Shown: positions 1 through 11,400 of the stretch, piece by piece
How positions within the stretch are numbered: position 1 is the first letter of the stretch
Layout: every line of letters starts with the position of its first letter
UHGV virus genome: UHGV-1366123
From: a virus
Reading direction: 5' to 3' (one strand)
DNA length: 64,000 bases
Made by a program: the position numbers and the translations under genes
The notes under the pieces: model-generated
The model's database searches: none
Told to the model about the DNA's origin: nothing
The model's input: only the letters and a program-made list of their open reading frames with translations

Positions 1-65
1 GCAACAGATGCCGAAGTTCGAATCATTCACACCGAAGTCTCTTGGTGAACAATAAGGAAAACGAA

Positions 66-96
66 GAGGGTGACATCGATAGAAGATGTCACCCTC
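66..96 (+). terminator. Stem-loop gagggtgacatc...gatgtcaccctc followed by a T-run
   Basis: Perfect 12-bp inverted repeat then tttctgttt; located upstream of first ORF. Confidence 0.5.
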
Positions 97-221
97 TTTC
101 TGTTTAAAGGAAGGTACTTTCCTTGCACTCGAAGGTTTCCTATGGTACGAAACTATTCTCGAGCATTTTCAAACGCAACGAATGCGCATTTCTTAAATAA
201 GACAAAGCATTTTAAGAAATC

Positions 222-1106
222 ATGAACAAGGTCGAGAAATCTGAGAGATTAAAATCGATTTTCGAAAGCACAAATCCTGCACGTATTCGTCAGAGAATTG
301 ACGAATACGCATCACACTTTACAACAGAGCAATATGAGAAGATGGCTTTTATGTCTAATCTTCTCGCAGAAAATCCAAGTTACATTAGTCACCTCTCTGA
401 AAAGGACATCACTCTTCTTGACAGCGTTGTTGGAGATATTGAAGAAGCGGACATCATCACTGAAGATGAATTCCTCTCTCTCACTGATACTCTCCTTCAA
501 CCGATTGACATTTCATCGATTAACTATTACATCATCGACGAACACATCCTTGCGAAAATATCCGAAGCACTGTTCTCAACATTTGGAACTGTAAGCTATC
601 AAGATCTTCTTGAAGTGGAATACGCAAACCCAGGGTTTGTTGCATCGGTGATTATTGATGTTCTTCAAGAGGTCGGTGTTTATAACAAATCGATCAATGA
701 AGCTGCATTTGCGTCATATAAAAGATCGATCTATGAAAATGGAACACTTTCCAGAGAAGAAATCATCTATTGGGCAAAATCTCTCACGAAAGATGAAGCC
801 GACCACATTTATAGAACGCTTTATGGCGCAGAACCTCCAAGAAACTCTCGAGAGATAATCCTCAGAGACGTTTGTGAAAATCCAGACGGTGAAGTTTGTT
901 CAATTTTTACAGATACTTATTCGTCCGAGAAAGAGTTTAGCTTGAGAAACATAAACGAATCACTCGAGAATCTCCGATCAATTGTGAAGATCGAAGATTT
1001 CCGAAATCTTGTCTATTCAACATCCCCAGTCATGATAGCCGAAGGTATTGATGGATCTCGTTACAAGATCTGGGGATCTATTTGTGAGAATTACGAAAGG
1101 CTGTAA
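222..1106 (+). CDS. hypothetical protein (294 aa)
   Basis: Long ORF with no competing frame; followed by a strong terminator hairpin; no recognisable motifs. Confidence 0.6.
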   Translation: MNKVEKSERLKSIFESTNPARIRQRIDEYASHFTTEQYEKMAFMSNLLAENPSYISHLSEKDITLLDSVVGDIEEADIITEDEFLSLTDTLLQPIDISSINYYIIDEHILAKISEALFSTFGTVSYQDLLEVEYANPGFVASVIIDVLQEVGVYNKSINEAAFASYKRSIYENGTLSREEIIYWAKSLTKDEADHIYRTLYGAEPPRNSREIILRDVCENPDGEVCSIFTDTYSSEKEFSLRNINESLENLRSIVKIEDFRNLVYSTSPVMIAEGIDGSRYKIWGSICENYERL

Positions 1107-1137
1107 TTCTGGTTTTTTTGTTGTTGTTAATGTTGTC

Positions 1138-1186
1138 GAGTGGAGAGCGATCAATTTTTGAGATCGTTCTCCACTCGTCTTTTACG
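1138..1186 (+). terminator. Rho-independent terminator (15-bp stem gagtggagagcgatc/gatcgttctccactc then gtctttt)
   Basis: Inverted repeat plus T-run seen directly in sequence just after the stop at 1106. Confidence 0.65.
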
Positions 1187-1190
1187 GGTC

Positions 1191-1206
1191 GGTAAATAAG
1201 CAAACG
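1191..1206 (+). promoter_or_regulatory. Conserved upstream motif GGTAAATAAGCAAACG (copy 1 of 8), 32 nt before ATG 1238
   Basis: Same 14-16-nt motif recurs 10-45 nt upstream of 8 large + strand genes. Confidence 0.5.
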
Positions 1207-1237
1207 TTTTAAGAAAATATTAATCTGGATTAAGAAA

Positions 1238-2980
1238 ATGTTTAGAGAAAAAATAGCAAAGATCTTCGAACATTGCAGAAAAGAGAATCTCCCACACGTA
1301 GAGCAAGAACTCAATAAGGTGGTAGAGGACATGATTGCAGGATCGGTCAATGAATCTGTGATCGCTCGTCGTGTTCAAGACATACTCGATAAAAACGGCA
1401 TAATGTCGAATGCTCTACAGATCATCAACGAAAAGAAGTATATCCAAAAACCTGAGGATGTGAAGACTTATCTTCGCAGATACAGAAAGATTTCTTCAAA
1501 GATCTATGAATCATTCCGACAGATCGTCGAAGATAACACCCTCATGGTGGGGAATACGAGACTTTTCGATAAGAAATCTATCGGCAAGATCAATAGTGGG
1601 ATTGCCTTCATCGAAGAATCATATAAAGCAAAGATCAATGAATCACTTGAAAACTCATCTGTTAACATTGAAGAAGGTACTTATGTTTTTTCTGATTATA
1701 TCGATTTCGAGTTCTACTTCACCTACGAATACGTCGAACGAAACAAGAAAGTATTCGAACCTGTTGTAGATTTCCTCTCGAGTGGGGACAACTTCATCAC
1801 TTTCGTTGTATCCTCGGGAGACACGGAAACTGGCTATGAGGTTCACGTGGACATTCATGAAAACGAATCCACACTTGAAAACAAGCAGGAAGTTGAAGAA
1901 CTCATTAAGACCTATCACGAAACGTTCACTGACGTGTTAATCACGGAAGAAGAAGGTGAAGATGATGAACTCATCGGAGACGTTCGTCTGAGTGACGTGA
2001 AACCTGGGAAATTCATCGTTGTTGATTCTGATTCAAAGTACCTCTCAGAGTTTGACGAAATCGTCGTTTATGAAGTCACCGAAGACCACGTTCTCTGTAA
2101 ACTTGAAAATCAGAAGTCGATCAAGCTCCATATTGATGAAGCACGTAAGGTTCTTGTTATCAATGACGAAGAGCTTCAAGAAGTGTTTGAGTGTAACGAC
2201 ATCGTGACATGTGCAAAGGAAAACGGCTTCGTCACCGATATTCTTTGCTCTGAATACGATCACGAGTTCATCGAAGCACATATTCAAGACATGATCCAAC
2301 TCGGGAAAGAGTACACTCTTGCAAACGGATCTGTGTTGAAATGGGAAGATGGAAAGTTCATCCTTGAGTACATCGACGAACTTGGAGACACTGTCAAGCA
2401 GGAGAAAGATCGTGATTTCGTGATACTGATCACAATTCTCTACTTCAGATCACTTTCGACGTGCGCATCGGATGATAAGAATCCTTATGGAATTTCTGAA
2501 ATCCGTGATTTCAAGTATAACGAGAACATAATCATTGATTCCGAAGAGTTCCGAAGACTTGCTTCTGAGCATCTTGATCCTCAGCTTTACACAGATTTCC
2601 TCGCAGATCTCGACAGAATTTATAGAGAAGCCAGAATTGCACCGAACTCGGAAGTTTATCTCCAAGAAAATCTGATAGATCTTTCGTTCTGTTATGGTAT
2701 AAACCAACTCCTTGTCGATTCTTCGATTGCTCTTAATGCAAGTAAGGAGGAAGAGGGGGTTGATAGAAACCAGCTTCGAACGAGTGTTATCTACAACATC
2801 TGTCAGATAATCCCCGACGTTTATGACCAGCTTTCAGTGAATCTCACCGACGAGGATGTTGATGCGTTCTGTTCATTTACCACATCGGAATGGTTCATAG
2901 AGCAGGACGTTGATAACTACATCAACTTCGTGATATCGTTCCTTGAAGAGAGAGGTTACGATATCTCAATGTACAGATAA
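1238..2980 (+). CDS. hypothetical acidic protein (580 aa)
   Basis: Long ORF preceded by conserved upstream motif; no recognisable catalytic motifs. Confidence 0.65.
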   Translation: MFREKIAKIFEHCRKENLPHVEQELNKVVEDMIAGSVNESVIARRVQDILDKNGIMSNALQIINEKKYIQKPEDVKTYLRRYRKISSKIYESFRQIVEDNTLMVGNTRLFDKKSIGKINSGIAFIEESYKAKINESLENSSVNIEEGTYVFSDYIDFEFYFTYEYVERNKKVFEPVVDFLSSGDNFITFVVSSGDTETGYEVHVDIHENESTLENKQEVEELIKTYHETFTDVLITEEEGEDDELIGDVRLSDVKPGKFIVVDSDSKYLSEFDEIVVYEVTEDHVLCKLENQKSIKLHIDEARKVLVINDEELQEVFECNDIVTCAKENGFVTDILCSEYDHEFIEAHIQDMIQLGKEYTLANGSVLKWEDGKFILEYIDELGDTVKQEKDRDFVILITILYFRSLSTCASDDKNPYGISEIRDFKYNENIIIDSEEFRRLASEHLDPQLYTDFLADLDRIYREARIAPNSEVYLQENLIDLSFCYGINQLLVDSSIALNASKEEEGVDRNQLRTSVIYNICQIIPDVYDQLSVNLTDEDVDAFCSFTTSEWFIEQDVDNYINFVISFLEERGYDISMYR

Positions 2981-3109
2981 AAACCTCGTCTCTCACAGAT
3001 CTATAAGATTTATGAGAGAAATGGGAAATGGAACATCAGAAACTGACATCTTCTCCACCATTATAAAAAGGATGGATAAACGAAGTGTCAGCGAAAACTG
3101 ATTCTCAAA

Positions 3110-3149
3110 GGAGGTGAGGAGAATTCCTCAAAAGTTTTCCTCACCTCCA
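3110..3149 (+). terminator. Stem-loop ggaggtgaggag...ctcacctcc
   Basis: Inverted repeat between CDS end 2980 and the tRNA. Confidence 0.45.
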
Positions 3150-3155
3150 CCGAAC

Positions 3156-3228
3156 GCCCTAGTAGTTCAATGGATAGAACATCGGTCTTCTAAACCGACA
3201 ATCCAAGTTCGATTCTTGGCTGGGGTAC
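3156..3228 (+). tRNA. tRNA-Arg (anticodon TCT)
   Basis: Cloverleaf folded by hand: acceptor GCCCTAG/CTGGGGT (two GU wobbles), D arm GTTC..GAAC, anticodon stem TCGGT/ACCGA with loop CTTCTAA, T arm CCAAG-TTCGATT-CTTGG; CCA not encoded. Confidence 0.8.
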
Positions 3229-3340
3229 GATTTGTTGATTACTTTTATAAGGGTTGTTGGGCTATGGATCTCTCAAGAGTTCTGTAGCCCAATTCGTATC
3301 CGAAGAGTTACATAAAGAAATAGAAATTCACGGAAGATAA

Positions 3341-3820
3341 ATGAAACAACTAAAAATATTCGAAGACGGTGAAATAAAAACTGTCGGAGAACTCTTGGAA
3401 CAGAAGTTTGGTATGGGCAAAGAGACCAGACCTCTCGTTTATGAGTATCTTCTCTTCTATGAAGAGAAATTTGTAAATGATGCTACTGGAATAGCCGATC
3501 TCGAAGATGCTCAAAAGTTCTATAAGGAAATCATCGACGAGGTTAATCAGTCGTATGAGTGGACGTACAGAAGTTATGACGATCTTCTTTATGTTATCTC
3601 ATCTGGTCGCTATATCAGTTACATCTTGGAAATAGACCCTTCGATCGACAAGCAACAGATGGTGAACTTCTTCATCAACCACTATGTTGATATCCTCACT
3701 TACACTCACGAAGATGGTCATGAAACGAAGGATATCTTCGTTAATGTCTATCGGAAGTACCCCAATCTCGGTATCAAGGACATCTGTCGTGAAATCATTA
3801 AAGAATACTACAAAGCATAA
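3341..3820 (+). CDS. hypothetical protein (159 aa)
   Basis: ORF; its stop overlaps the next start (TAATG). Confidence 0.55.
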   Translation: MKQLKIFEDGEIKTVGELLEQKFGMGKETRPLVYEYLLFYEEKFVNDATGIADLEDAQKFYKEIIDEVNQSYEWTYRSYDDLLYVISSGRYISYILEIDPSIDKQQMVNFFINHYVDILTYTHEDGHETKDIFVNVYRKYPNLGIKDICREIIKEYYKA

Positions 3821-4341
3821 TGAAGAAATTAAGAATTTTTGAATCAGAAGCAGAACTGCTCTCAGATTTCTTGTCAATGCGTGGTGACTTCACCAAATTC
3901 AGAAGAAGTGCATTCTACACGTGGGTTTCCGTGAGATATGGTCTCGAAGTCGGAGAAGGGTCAGAAGTTGTAGATGGCAAGATTGATGGTTATGATGTGA
4001 GAGAACTCATGGAGAAGTTCAACCAGTCATTCATGGGTGTTGCTGGAAGTACCGACATGGATATGAAAAATCCCGATGAAATCTTCTATCGTATACTTGA
4101 AAAGATGCCGATCTTCAGAATGATGGTAGATGAATCGAATTACTCTCGTGAAGATATTGGAGAATACTTCTACAAGAACCTCTTTGACTTTGTAGAAGAT
4201 AAGTCTGAAGAAGGAATGATCTGGATTTTCTGTAAGTTAGATTTCTCAAAGAACATGAAGGAACTGTTTGATGAGATAACTTCCGCCATGGAAGGCAAGT
4301 ATCCGCAAGTCTCGAAGAAGTCTTACAGATACCGCTATTAA
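3820..4341 (+). CDS. hypothetical protein (173 aa)
   Basis: ORF translationally coupled to upstream gene. Confidence 0.55.
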   Translation: MKKLRIFESEAELLSDFLSMRGDFTKFRRSAFYTWVSVRYGLEVGEGSEVVDGKIDGYDVRELMEKFNQSFMGVAGSTDMDMKNPDEIFYRILEKMPIFRMMVDESNYSREDIGEYFYKNLFDFVEDKSEEGMIWIFCKLDFSKNMKELFDEITSAMEGKYPQVSKKSYRYRY

Positions 4342-4420
4342 TTAATAATCGATTCGTTGAGGGCTTTGTATATGAAATAAAAATCTGTACAAAGCCCTCG
4401 GCATATTTTAATCATAACTA

Positions 4421-5014
4421 ATGTTAATTATGAACAAGGCAGAGAAACTCATAAAAAGGATCGTCAAAGGTTACAATTCTATCGTGCAAAGCAAAGGTAT
4501 AAGACTCGAAGATTTCTTGAGACAGAGGTTTAATCCTACAGATCGAGGAATCGATATAATCTGTTCCTATATCAACAAATACTACCGACGAGTTGACAAA
4601 TCCACACTCATAGATGGAGACATTGAAGAAAGATACGTGTTTGAACTTTATAGAGAGACACGAAAATCTGTAGTTTTCTACACACGTGACAAAGAACTCG
4701 AACCCGAGGATGTGATGTTCCATCTTGAGTTTTTCAAGGAGATAGATGAACTCGTACAAGAGGATAAATCTCGTGAACTTGCGCTTTATATCCTCAAGAA
4801 CTATGTCGACAAGGTAAAACCAGAAGATAAAGATGATCACGTTTATGTCTTCTTCACTGGGTTTGTGAAGCATCCTTGGAAGACTGATTGGCAAGTTGCA
4901 GAGGAGATAGCTCTCGAATTCATGGAAAAGATATCAGTCATCAAGGAAGAGGTGAATGTGAATGTAGAAGGAGACGAGGAAGTTGTAGATCCTGTAGACG
5001 AACGACTTTTCTAA
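4421..5014 (+). CDS. hypothetical acidic protein (197 aa)
   Basis: ORF; start may be the ATG at 4430. Confidence 0.5.
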   Translation: MLIMNKAEKLIKRIVKGYNSIVQSKGIRLEDFLRQRFNPTDRGIDIICSYINKYYRRVDKSTLIDGDIEERYVFELYRETRKSVVFYTRDKELEPEDVMFHLEFFKEIDELVQEDKSRELALYILKNYVDKVKPEDKDDHVYVFFTGFVKHPWKTDWQVAEEIALEFMEKISVIKEEVNVNVEGDEEVVDPVDERLF

Positions 5015-5230
5015 TAAAAAGAAGAATGCTAACACTGTTAAGGTTTATTATTCTCGTGTTTATTGTTTTACCGATAGTTCTTATGAGAAAGTTATCTCCA
5101 AAACTAAAACGCAAGAGAAGGTACTTTCCTTGCGCTCTGAGAAGTTCTTTGGTATAAACAACCGCAGAAAAGCGAAGAAGACCAAGGAAAGTACCTTCCT
5201 TGAGTTCGGAAAGCATAGGAGAAATAAGAG

Positions 5231-5267
5231 AAAGCCCCGATCATCCATAAACAGATGATCGGGGCTT
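5231..5267. terminator. Bidirectional terminator hairpin aaagccccgatcatc...gatgatcggggcttt between convergent genes
   Basis: 15-bp perfect stem flanked by an A-run and a T-run; lies between + gene ending 5014 and - gene ending 5298. Confidence 0.65.
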
Positions 5268-5297
5268 TCTTCTGTATAACAACAGCAACAATAATTG

Positions 5298-5906
5298 TTA
5301 TTCTGGTTTAATGCTTTCCACAGAGTTGATATCTTCTACAGTGAGGAGAGTGTAACTGAAGAACTTCTGTCCTGCTTTCTTGGCTTGATTCGCCCACTGC
5401 ATGAACTTTGAGAAATCGTTAATGTTTCTCACCACTTGACAACCTGCAGAATAAAGACCAACAACTGGTACAAGCTTCTGTGAGGATGCTCGATGGAAGT
5501 TTATACCAAACACCCCAAAGTCATCCCCGACGAGATCATGCTTCGCATCTTTATTGTTGTCTCTATGGACATGAGTAGGAGATGACTGCCTGAGTGCTTC
5601 ATACTTGCCTTGATGCAGACCGATCTGCCACAGGTCTTTGTGATATCCACGCTTGAGAATAGCACAACCTTGTGGATTTAGTGGTTTCTGAAGATTGTCA
5701 ATACCTGGGTCTGTCGTGAACTCAAGAATCTCACGGATTTCTATTTCACCCTTCTCGTTAAATCTGAAATAAACACAGGTATCGTTCCATGTGTTTGGGT
5801 TCGATAAATCACGGATGCCGACAATGTTGAGAAAGACTGGTGTTCTATCGATTTCACCACCTATTTTCTCTACGGCACGGATTATGGTCATCATATCGTA
5901 TTTCAT
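5298..5906 (-). CDS. putative cell-wall hydrolase with L,D-transpeptidase (YkuD)-like catalytic motif (202 aa)
   Basis: C-terminal pattern INFHRASS...VGLYSAGCQVV resembles the His...S-x-GC-(I/V) active site of the YkuD fold; lone minus-strand gene; candidate endolysin. Confidence 0.4.
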   Translation of the reverse strand: MKYDMMTIIRAVEKIGGEIDRTPVFLNIVGIRDLSNPNTWNDTCVYFRFNEKGEIEIREILEFTTDPGIDNLQKPLNPQGCAILKRGYHKDLWQIGLHQGKYEALRQSSPTHVHRDNNKDAKHDLVGDDFGVFGINFHRASSQKLVPVVGLYSAGCQVVRNINDFSKFMQWANQAKKAGQKFFSYTLLTVEDINSVESIKPE

Positions 5907-5950
5907 AGCGGTTCTTTTTGTTTTTCTTCTTGTTTCCGTTTATATAGGTC

Positions 5951-5964
5951 GGTAAATAAGCAAA
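5951..5964 (+). promoter_or_regulatory. Conserved upstream motif GGTAAATAAGCAAA (copy 2)
   Basis: 14 nt upstream of ATG 5978. Confidence 0.5.
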
Positions 5965-5977
5965 TATCCTCCAAAAT

Positions 5978-8410
5978 ATGTCTCTGAATCGATTAAAGAA
6001 CATAACGCTATTTCAAAAAAACGGAGAAATCATAGATCTTGAGTACAATGAAGAACTTGATCTTCTTCAAGGTGATCTCGTATTTTCCAAGACAAGCGCA
6101 GGACTTATTGAAACTCAAAGCTTGTATTTCATGGAAAAAGTCAAGCTCTATGACGAGATCGAATATGACGATGTTCGTTCGTTTAGACATGTGAAGTGCA
6201 AAATGCATGAAGGAAAGTTCAAATTCTTCGATGTTGGATCTCCGTATGAATCAGAGCCAGAGATAAGAGTGTTTGATGAATTCGAGGAAGATTTTAAGGA
6301 GGATAAAACAGCAACTTTCGGAGAAGATATCGTTGAGATTCGTGACATTTTTGCAACACCAAAGTGCTTGCAGGTCATGGCAACGTCTTCCGAAGGTGGG
6401 TTCATTGAGGATATTCTTGTTATCGAACTTGACGGAGAAATAGCGATTGAACTGACCGCACAAATCTTCGTTGAAGAGGAAGATGAAAGATTTATTGACA
6501 GACTTGCCGATTTCGGAGAGTATCTTTCTAAAGATGACGCATTTCTCTTCAGAACGCATCCCACGGACGGTGATGTTGCGGACGTTTCTATTCTTAATCG
6601 CAAGCGTAAGGAATTCTTGATAGAAATGCATAACATCAAGCCATATTTCTCCTCGCATAAAGGGGTGAGAGGTATCTTGAACCTGTTCGATTTCCAAGAC
6701 CTCAAGATCAAGGAATATTGGCTAAATCCAAAAACTGGGAAGTTCGTCTATGAAGATCTCTCCGAGAAATCGATGGATTATTCTCGTCTTCAGAAAACTT
6801 CAAAGTTTGGTCTGTTCTTTGAGTATAACTCGGTCGTCGAAGATCTTTATGATGATCAAGGACTACCTGTAGTTAAAGACAACTTCTTGTTTACAGTCGA
6901 CGAAATCATCATAAAGCTGTTTGGTATCAAGAAGTGGATCGAAGACAGAGAAATCGGTGGTATTTCAGATATCGTCGATATCATAGGAGAATTCGTATTC
7001 TTTGGAAAATACAAGATCACTACTTCTTGGTCAGAGCATGAACATACGCAAAATGTAAAATCAAGAACTCACATAATAACCACGGATCGACGTATTTACT
7101 ATCTCCAAGATACACGTAACGATTCTCTGTACGTTGCAGATACAGAACTGCAAGGAAATCCAAAGTTGTCTTCAATTGGAAGTAGAAAGCTTTCATCAAT
7201 CTCGACTTCTATCATCGGTGCATCGATTGGTTATAAGGGATTCCACGACACTTTCGTAACTGGTAGCCGTAAATCAAAGATAGGTGTCGAAGTAACACTT
7301 CGAAATGACAGTTTCAATCGTCGTTATGAAGATGTTCCCACGAACTGGGAAAACTTCAAAGATGTAGGTGCAACATGGGGAGATGTTGATCACTATCAAT
7401 ATTACAGAGCAACATATGAACTGAAAGATGGTGATTTTCGAATAACTGGTGAGTTTTCTCCATCTTCAAGCGAAATCAAGATTCTCGTTAATCGAAAAGG
7501 TGTCTACGATGTGAAGATCGTCTACGAGTACTATGGTGGTGAAGAAATCTTCAAAAAGAAGAAGATGTTCGAGGTGAGACAAAAGATCCCTAACTTCCTC
7601 GCTTTCTTCAAATCTCATCCAAGCAAGGTTATCCATAAGCATCAAAGAATGAGTGACGCTCGTCTTAGATTCTTGTCTTCAAAGATTCACGAATATGAAA
7701 GACTTCACATGCTCAAAGATCCCTCGCTTGGATTCCGAAGAATGAACTATAGAAAATCAGAGTTTAAGATATCTGACTTTGGTATTCGATCTTGGGATGA
7801 CTTGAATCTGTCTGGTGTAAGATACCCTTCGATCATTATCCATTCATTCACACAAGGAAGATACTCCTTGCAATCAAAACTTTTCACTCTCAGTGGTGAA
7901 ATGCGTGAAAGACAAACGATGCGTGATTTATACGAAGACATTCGTCATCAGATCGACCTCCGAGAGTTCAACGTGATCTACCGAGAGTGGGAAACCTCGT
8001 TTATTGAGATCGTTTCGCAGAGAATGGTCTACGAAGACATAAATCTCCGTGCGGAAGGCATTCGTGTAGAATACAAGGAAAGCGTTGACTATCCTTTTAA
8101 GTGGAACAACACGAACATATACGAACAGTCATTCTTCGTTGCGCCATTCCACCCGATCTTCTTCAGTGTTGATGAATCTTACATTGATGGGATAGTAAAC
8201 GCAAATTGGAAGATAAAACAAGGAGATACCGAAGTCCTCACACTCACTAATTCTCTTGTCATGTGTTACACATTCCAAAAGATAGGGAATTACACAGTAG
8301 AATGTGAGATATTCGACAATGCTGGCAATAGTTCTCTTTGTGTGAAACACAACTTTGTGAATGTGATATCTGGTGATGATTATGACAGATACGTAAAACA
8401 CGTACAATAA
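5978..8410 (+). CDS. large hypothetical protein, probable virion component (810 aa)
   Basis: Long ORF preceded by conserved motif and followed by terminator hairpin. Confidence 0.65.
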   Translation: MSLNRLKNITLFQKNGEIIDLEYNEELDLLQGDLVFSKTSAGLIETQSLYFMEKVKLYDEIEYDDVRSFRHVKCKMHEGKFKFFDVGSPYESEPEIRVFDEFEEDFKEDKTATFGEDIVEIRDIFATPKCLQVMATSSEGGFIEDILVIELDGEIAIELTAQIFVEEEDERFIDRLADFGEYLSKDDAFLFRTHPTDGDVADVSILNRKRKEFLIEMHNIKPYFSSHKGVRGILNLFDFQDLKIKEYWLNPKTGKFVYEDLSEKSMDYSRLQKTSKFGLFFEYNSVVEDLYDDQGLPVVKDNFLFTVDEIIIKLFGIKKWIEDREIGGISDIVDIIGEFVFFGKYKITTSWSEHEHTQNVKSRTHIITTDRRIYYLQDTRNDSLYVADTELQGNPKLSSIGSRKLSSISTSIIGASIGYKGFHDTFVTGSRKSKIGVEVTLRNDSFNRRYEDVPTNWENFKDVGATWGDVDHYQYYRATYELKDGDFRITGEFSPSSSEIKILVNRKGVYDVKIVYEYYGGEEIFKKKKMFEVRQKIPNFLAFFKSHPSKVIHKHQRMSDARLRFLSSKIHEYERLHMLKDPSLGFRRMNYRKSEFKISDFGIRSWDDLNLSGVRYPSIIIHSFTQGRYSLQSKLFTLSGEMRERQTMRDLYEDIRHQIDLREFNVIYREWETSFIEIVSQRMVYEDINLRAEGIRVEYKESVDYPFKWNNTNIYEQSFFVAPFHPIFFSVDESYIDGIVNANWKIKQGDTEVLTLTNSLVMCYTFQKIGNYTVECEIFDNAGNSSLCVKHNFVNVISGDDYDRYVKHVQ

Positions 8411-8415
8411 AAGGA

Positions 8416-8450
8416 AGTCCCACCATTGGTAAAGTCCTCTGGTGGGACTT
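8416..8450 (+). terminator. Stem-loop agtcccacca...tggtgggact
   Basis: 10-bp perfect stem immediately after stop 8410. Confidence 0.55.
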
Positions 8451-8468
8451 TCCGTATATGTCCATATC

Positions 8469-8484
8469 GGTAAATAACGAAATA
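8469..8484 (+). promoter_or_regulatory. Conserved upstream motif GGTAAATAACGAAATA (copy 3)
   Basis: 10 nt upstream of ATG 8494. Confidence 0.5.
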
Positions 8485-8493
8485 TGTTGAAGA

Positions 8494-11400
8494 ATGGCAA
8501 CTCAATCAATAAAGAAAGTATCTGTAGACAACTCTCTTGAGGAATCAAGAAAGATAATAAACGAGAATTTTGGTGTAGTAGATCTTATGCTTCAGAAGAT
8601 AAACCAATACACTGGTTTATTTCTTGAAAATCTGAAACTGCCACAAGATCCACTCGGAAACGTAAAGTACGTTTTGAGATATGACGTTCAAAACGGAAGA
8701 TACGTCGTTGAGCCAGATTCTGTCGTCGGATCTACTGGTATTCTTGACATTGTTCAACAATGGTCTGGTGAACAAGGCAAGAATGTGACGTTTATGATAC
8801 TCAACAACATCTCGGAATATGAAGACCTTGATGTTGAAGTTCGTCGTACATCGATCATCTACGTTAAGGAAACTCGAGATGTCATAATCTGTGATAGAAA
8901 CCTTACAAACTTCACGAAGGAAGGGATCATCCAAGACATACAGAACTTCTTTACAGAGAAAAATAACGAGTTCGCAAAGTCGATAAAGGACTTTGAAGGA
9001 AAGCTCAAATCTTACAAGATGGGGATTCTCAGAACATTCTCCACCCTTGAAGATATGCGGTCGACCACGAACCCTGTAAGTGACAAGGGAGAACCACTCG
9101 AAGATGGGAACCTTGTCGCTATCTACAACAAGGCGAACTCTGGGTACGAACATAACGGCAAACTTTTCTCCTATAACCCAACAGCGACTGATGCTGATGA
9201 CCGATGGATCGAGGTCGGGAAGCTTTCACAGACGCTTGGGAATAGATTCACCGATGAGGAAAAACTTAAGGTTTCTATCATCAAGAATGATGGTGAACCC
9301 GATATGTTCCTTAGTGCAAACGGTTCTTATAGAAGAATCATCGTTCCGACAGCACCTATTCAAAAGATCGTTGTGAATGGTAACGAACTTACACCTTCTG
9401 AAGATGGTACTGTAAGAATTGACGCAGGTAAAGGTAGCGTCAAATCGGTACAGATCGGTACAGATCCCGAAATCCTGCCAAATGAGGATGGTGTGGTGAA
9501 AATCCCAGTCGATGTTGAACTTGACGAGAATTCACAATCTCCAATTTCCAATGCTATAGTTGCACAAGAAATCGGGAAGCTGAAGAGACATTCGATATCC
9601 TCACTCGATGCAGAACTCTCTGAAGATGGTCAATCCGTTGTTCTTTCTCTCTACGACGAGGTTCGTGGTGAGAAGTTTGGATCTGTGACTATCCCTGCAG
9701 GAGGTGGAGGTGGCGGTGGTGGCCAGATACAGAAGTCAAAGCTTATCCTTCAATCCGAACTCTCAAAGAAGCACATCCGTCTTGGTGATACTTCTGCATT
9801 CTCTTATACCTACGACTACAAGAATGCAGATGGTGAATCGACGGGTATACGTGCAAAGATTGAAGTCACGATTAAAAATGGTGCACTTACTCTGTTCTCA
9901 AAGACTTATGAAGATGTCTCCGCAGGGACTTATGGCGTGGACATTAACGATTATCTCCGAGAAGGTACGATAGACATTTACGTCAAGTGTACAATCCGAG
10001 ACGAAGAAGGAGAGACGAAGACGAAACAAACGTATCAATCTCTGAGAGTTTACGACATTCGTCTTGAGACTTCGTACAAGCTCTCGGCAAATGGACAAGG
10101 ATACGAATCCGCAGACACGATAATCATCCCTTTCCGTGTAACTGGTGCAGGTGATAAAAATGTGAAACTTCTCATGGATGGGACACAGCTTCAGTCACAA
10201 TCAGTCACAAAGAGTGGTGTCACAAATGGGTCATTCTCAATTCCAGCTGGATCGATTGTAAACGGCATCCATACGATGACCTTGACCACTGATGTATCAG
10301 TCCCAGGTACGACGATCCATTCAAACTCGATAATCTTCCACCTCCGTAGAGGTGTTGATCTTTATAAGCCATTTGCACTGTTTATGTTTGATGACAAGGT
10401 CGGCAGAACTTATGACGCAGGCGAACAGATCAAGATGGTCGTTGCACAATTTGAGGAATTCTCGTTCAACTATTACGTTTATGATCCTTCAAAGGCAAAG
10501 GCGAACATACGTCTCACGGTTGGAAATCAAGAATCATCGATCGTTGTTGATCGCATAGATCAAACGTACACGAACAGATTCATTGACCGCTCTCCAAAGA
10601 CGATCTCTATCAAAACATCCTCTGACACGTTCTCCCTCCCAGTTGTCATTGAAAGATCTTCAATGGACATTGACAAGGTTGTCGACAGTATGTCCTTGGA
10701 ACTTATGTCGGGAGGTCGCTCAAATACTGAATCGAACCCTGCAGTCTGGACTTATAAGGGAATCTCGACTGAATTCCATAACGTCAACTTCTCATCATCG
10801 GGTTGGAAGAACGGTTCACTTTCTCTTGTCAATGGTGCAAGCATAGAAATAAACCACAAGCCATTCGAAACTGACCCCACGATCACTGGCAAGACCTTCG
10901 AATTCGAATTCTCTACCAACACGATCTCTGATAAAACGTCGCCCATTATCCATTCTCTTGACAATGGCGTTGGGATTTCGATCACGCCAATCTCCGCCAG
11001 AATCCAAACATCAAGCGGTGTTTATGTCGAAACGAAGTTCTCCACTGGTAGATTCTACAAGATCACTTTCGTACTTTCGAAGAAGACAGAAACGAGAATC
11101 CTTGAAATCTACGTCGATGGTGTACGTTGTGGTGCAGTTCAGTACCCTTCCACCGATTCAATCCTCCATCAATCACCCAAGAGCATTGTTGTTGATTCAT
11201 CATCTTCGAACATTGATCTTCGAACTGTCAGAATCTATGATCGTGCTCTTCAAGATGATGAAATCCTCATGAACTACATCATCGACAGACCAAACCCCAG
11301 TGATATTGTTAGACTTTACAGAGACAACGACGTTCTTGACGATTCTGGTGCAGTCTCTATGCAGAAACTTCTCGCAAAGGGAAAATCTGTGATGAAGATG

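Noticed and set aside
3240-3300. Possible second tRNA after tRNA-Arg
   Set aside because: Only a simple hairpin (ttgggctat...tagcccaa) with no cloverleaf, D/T arms or anticodon loop.
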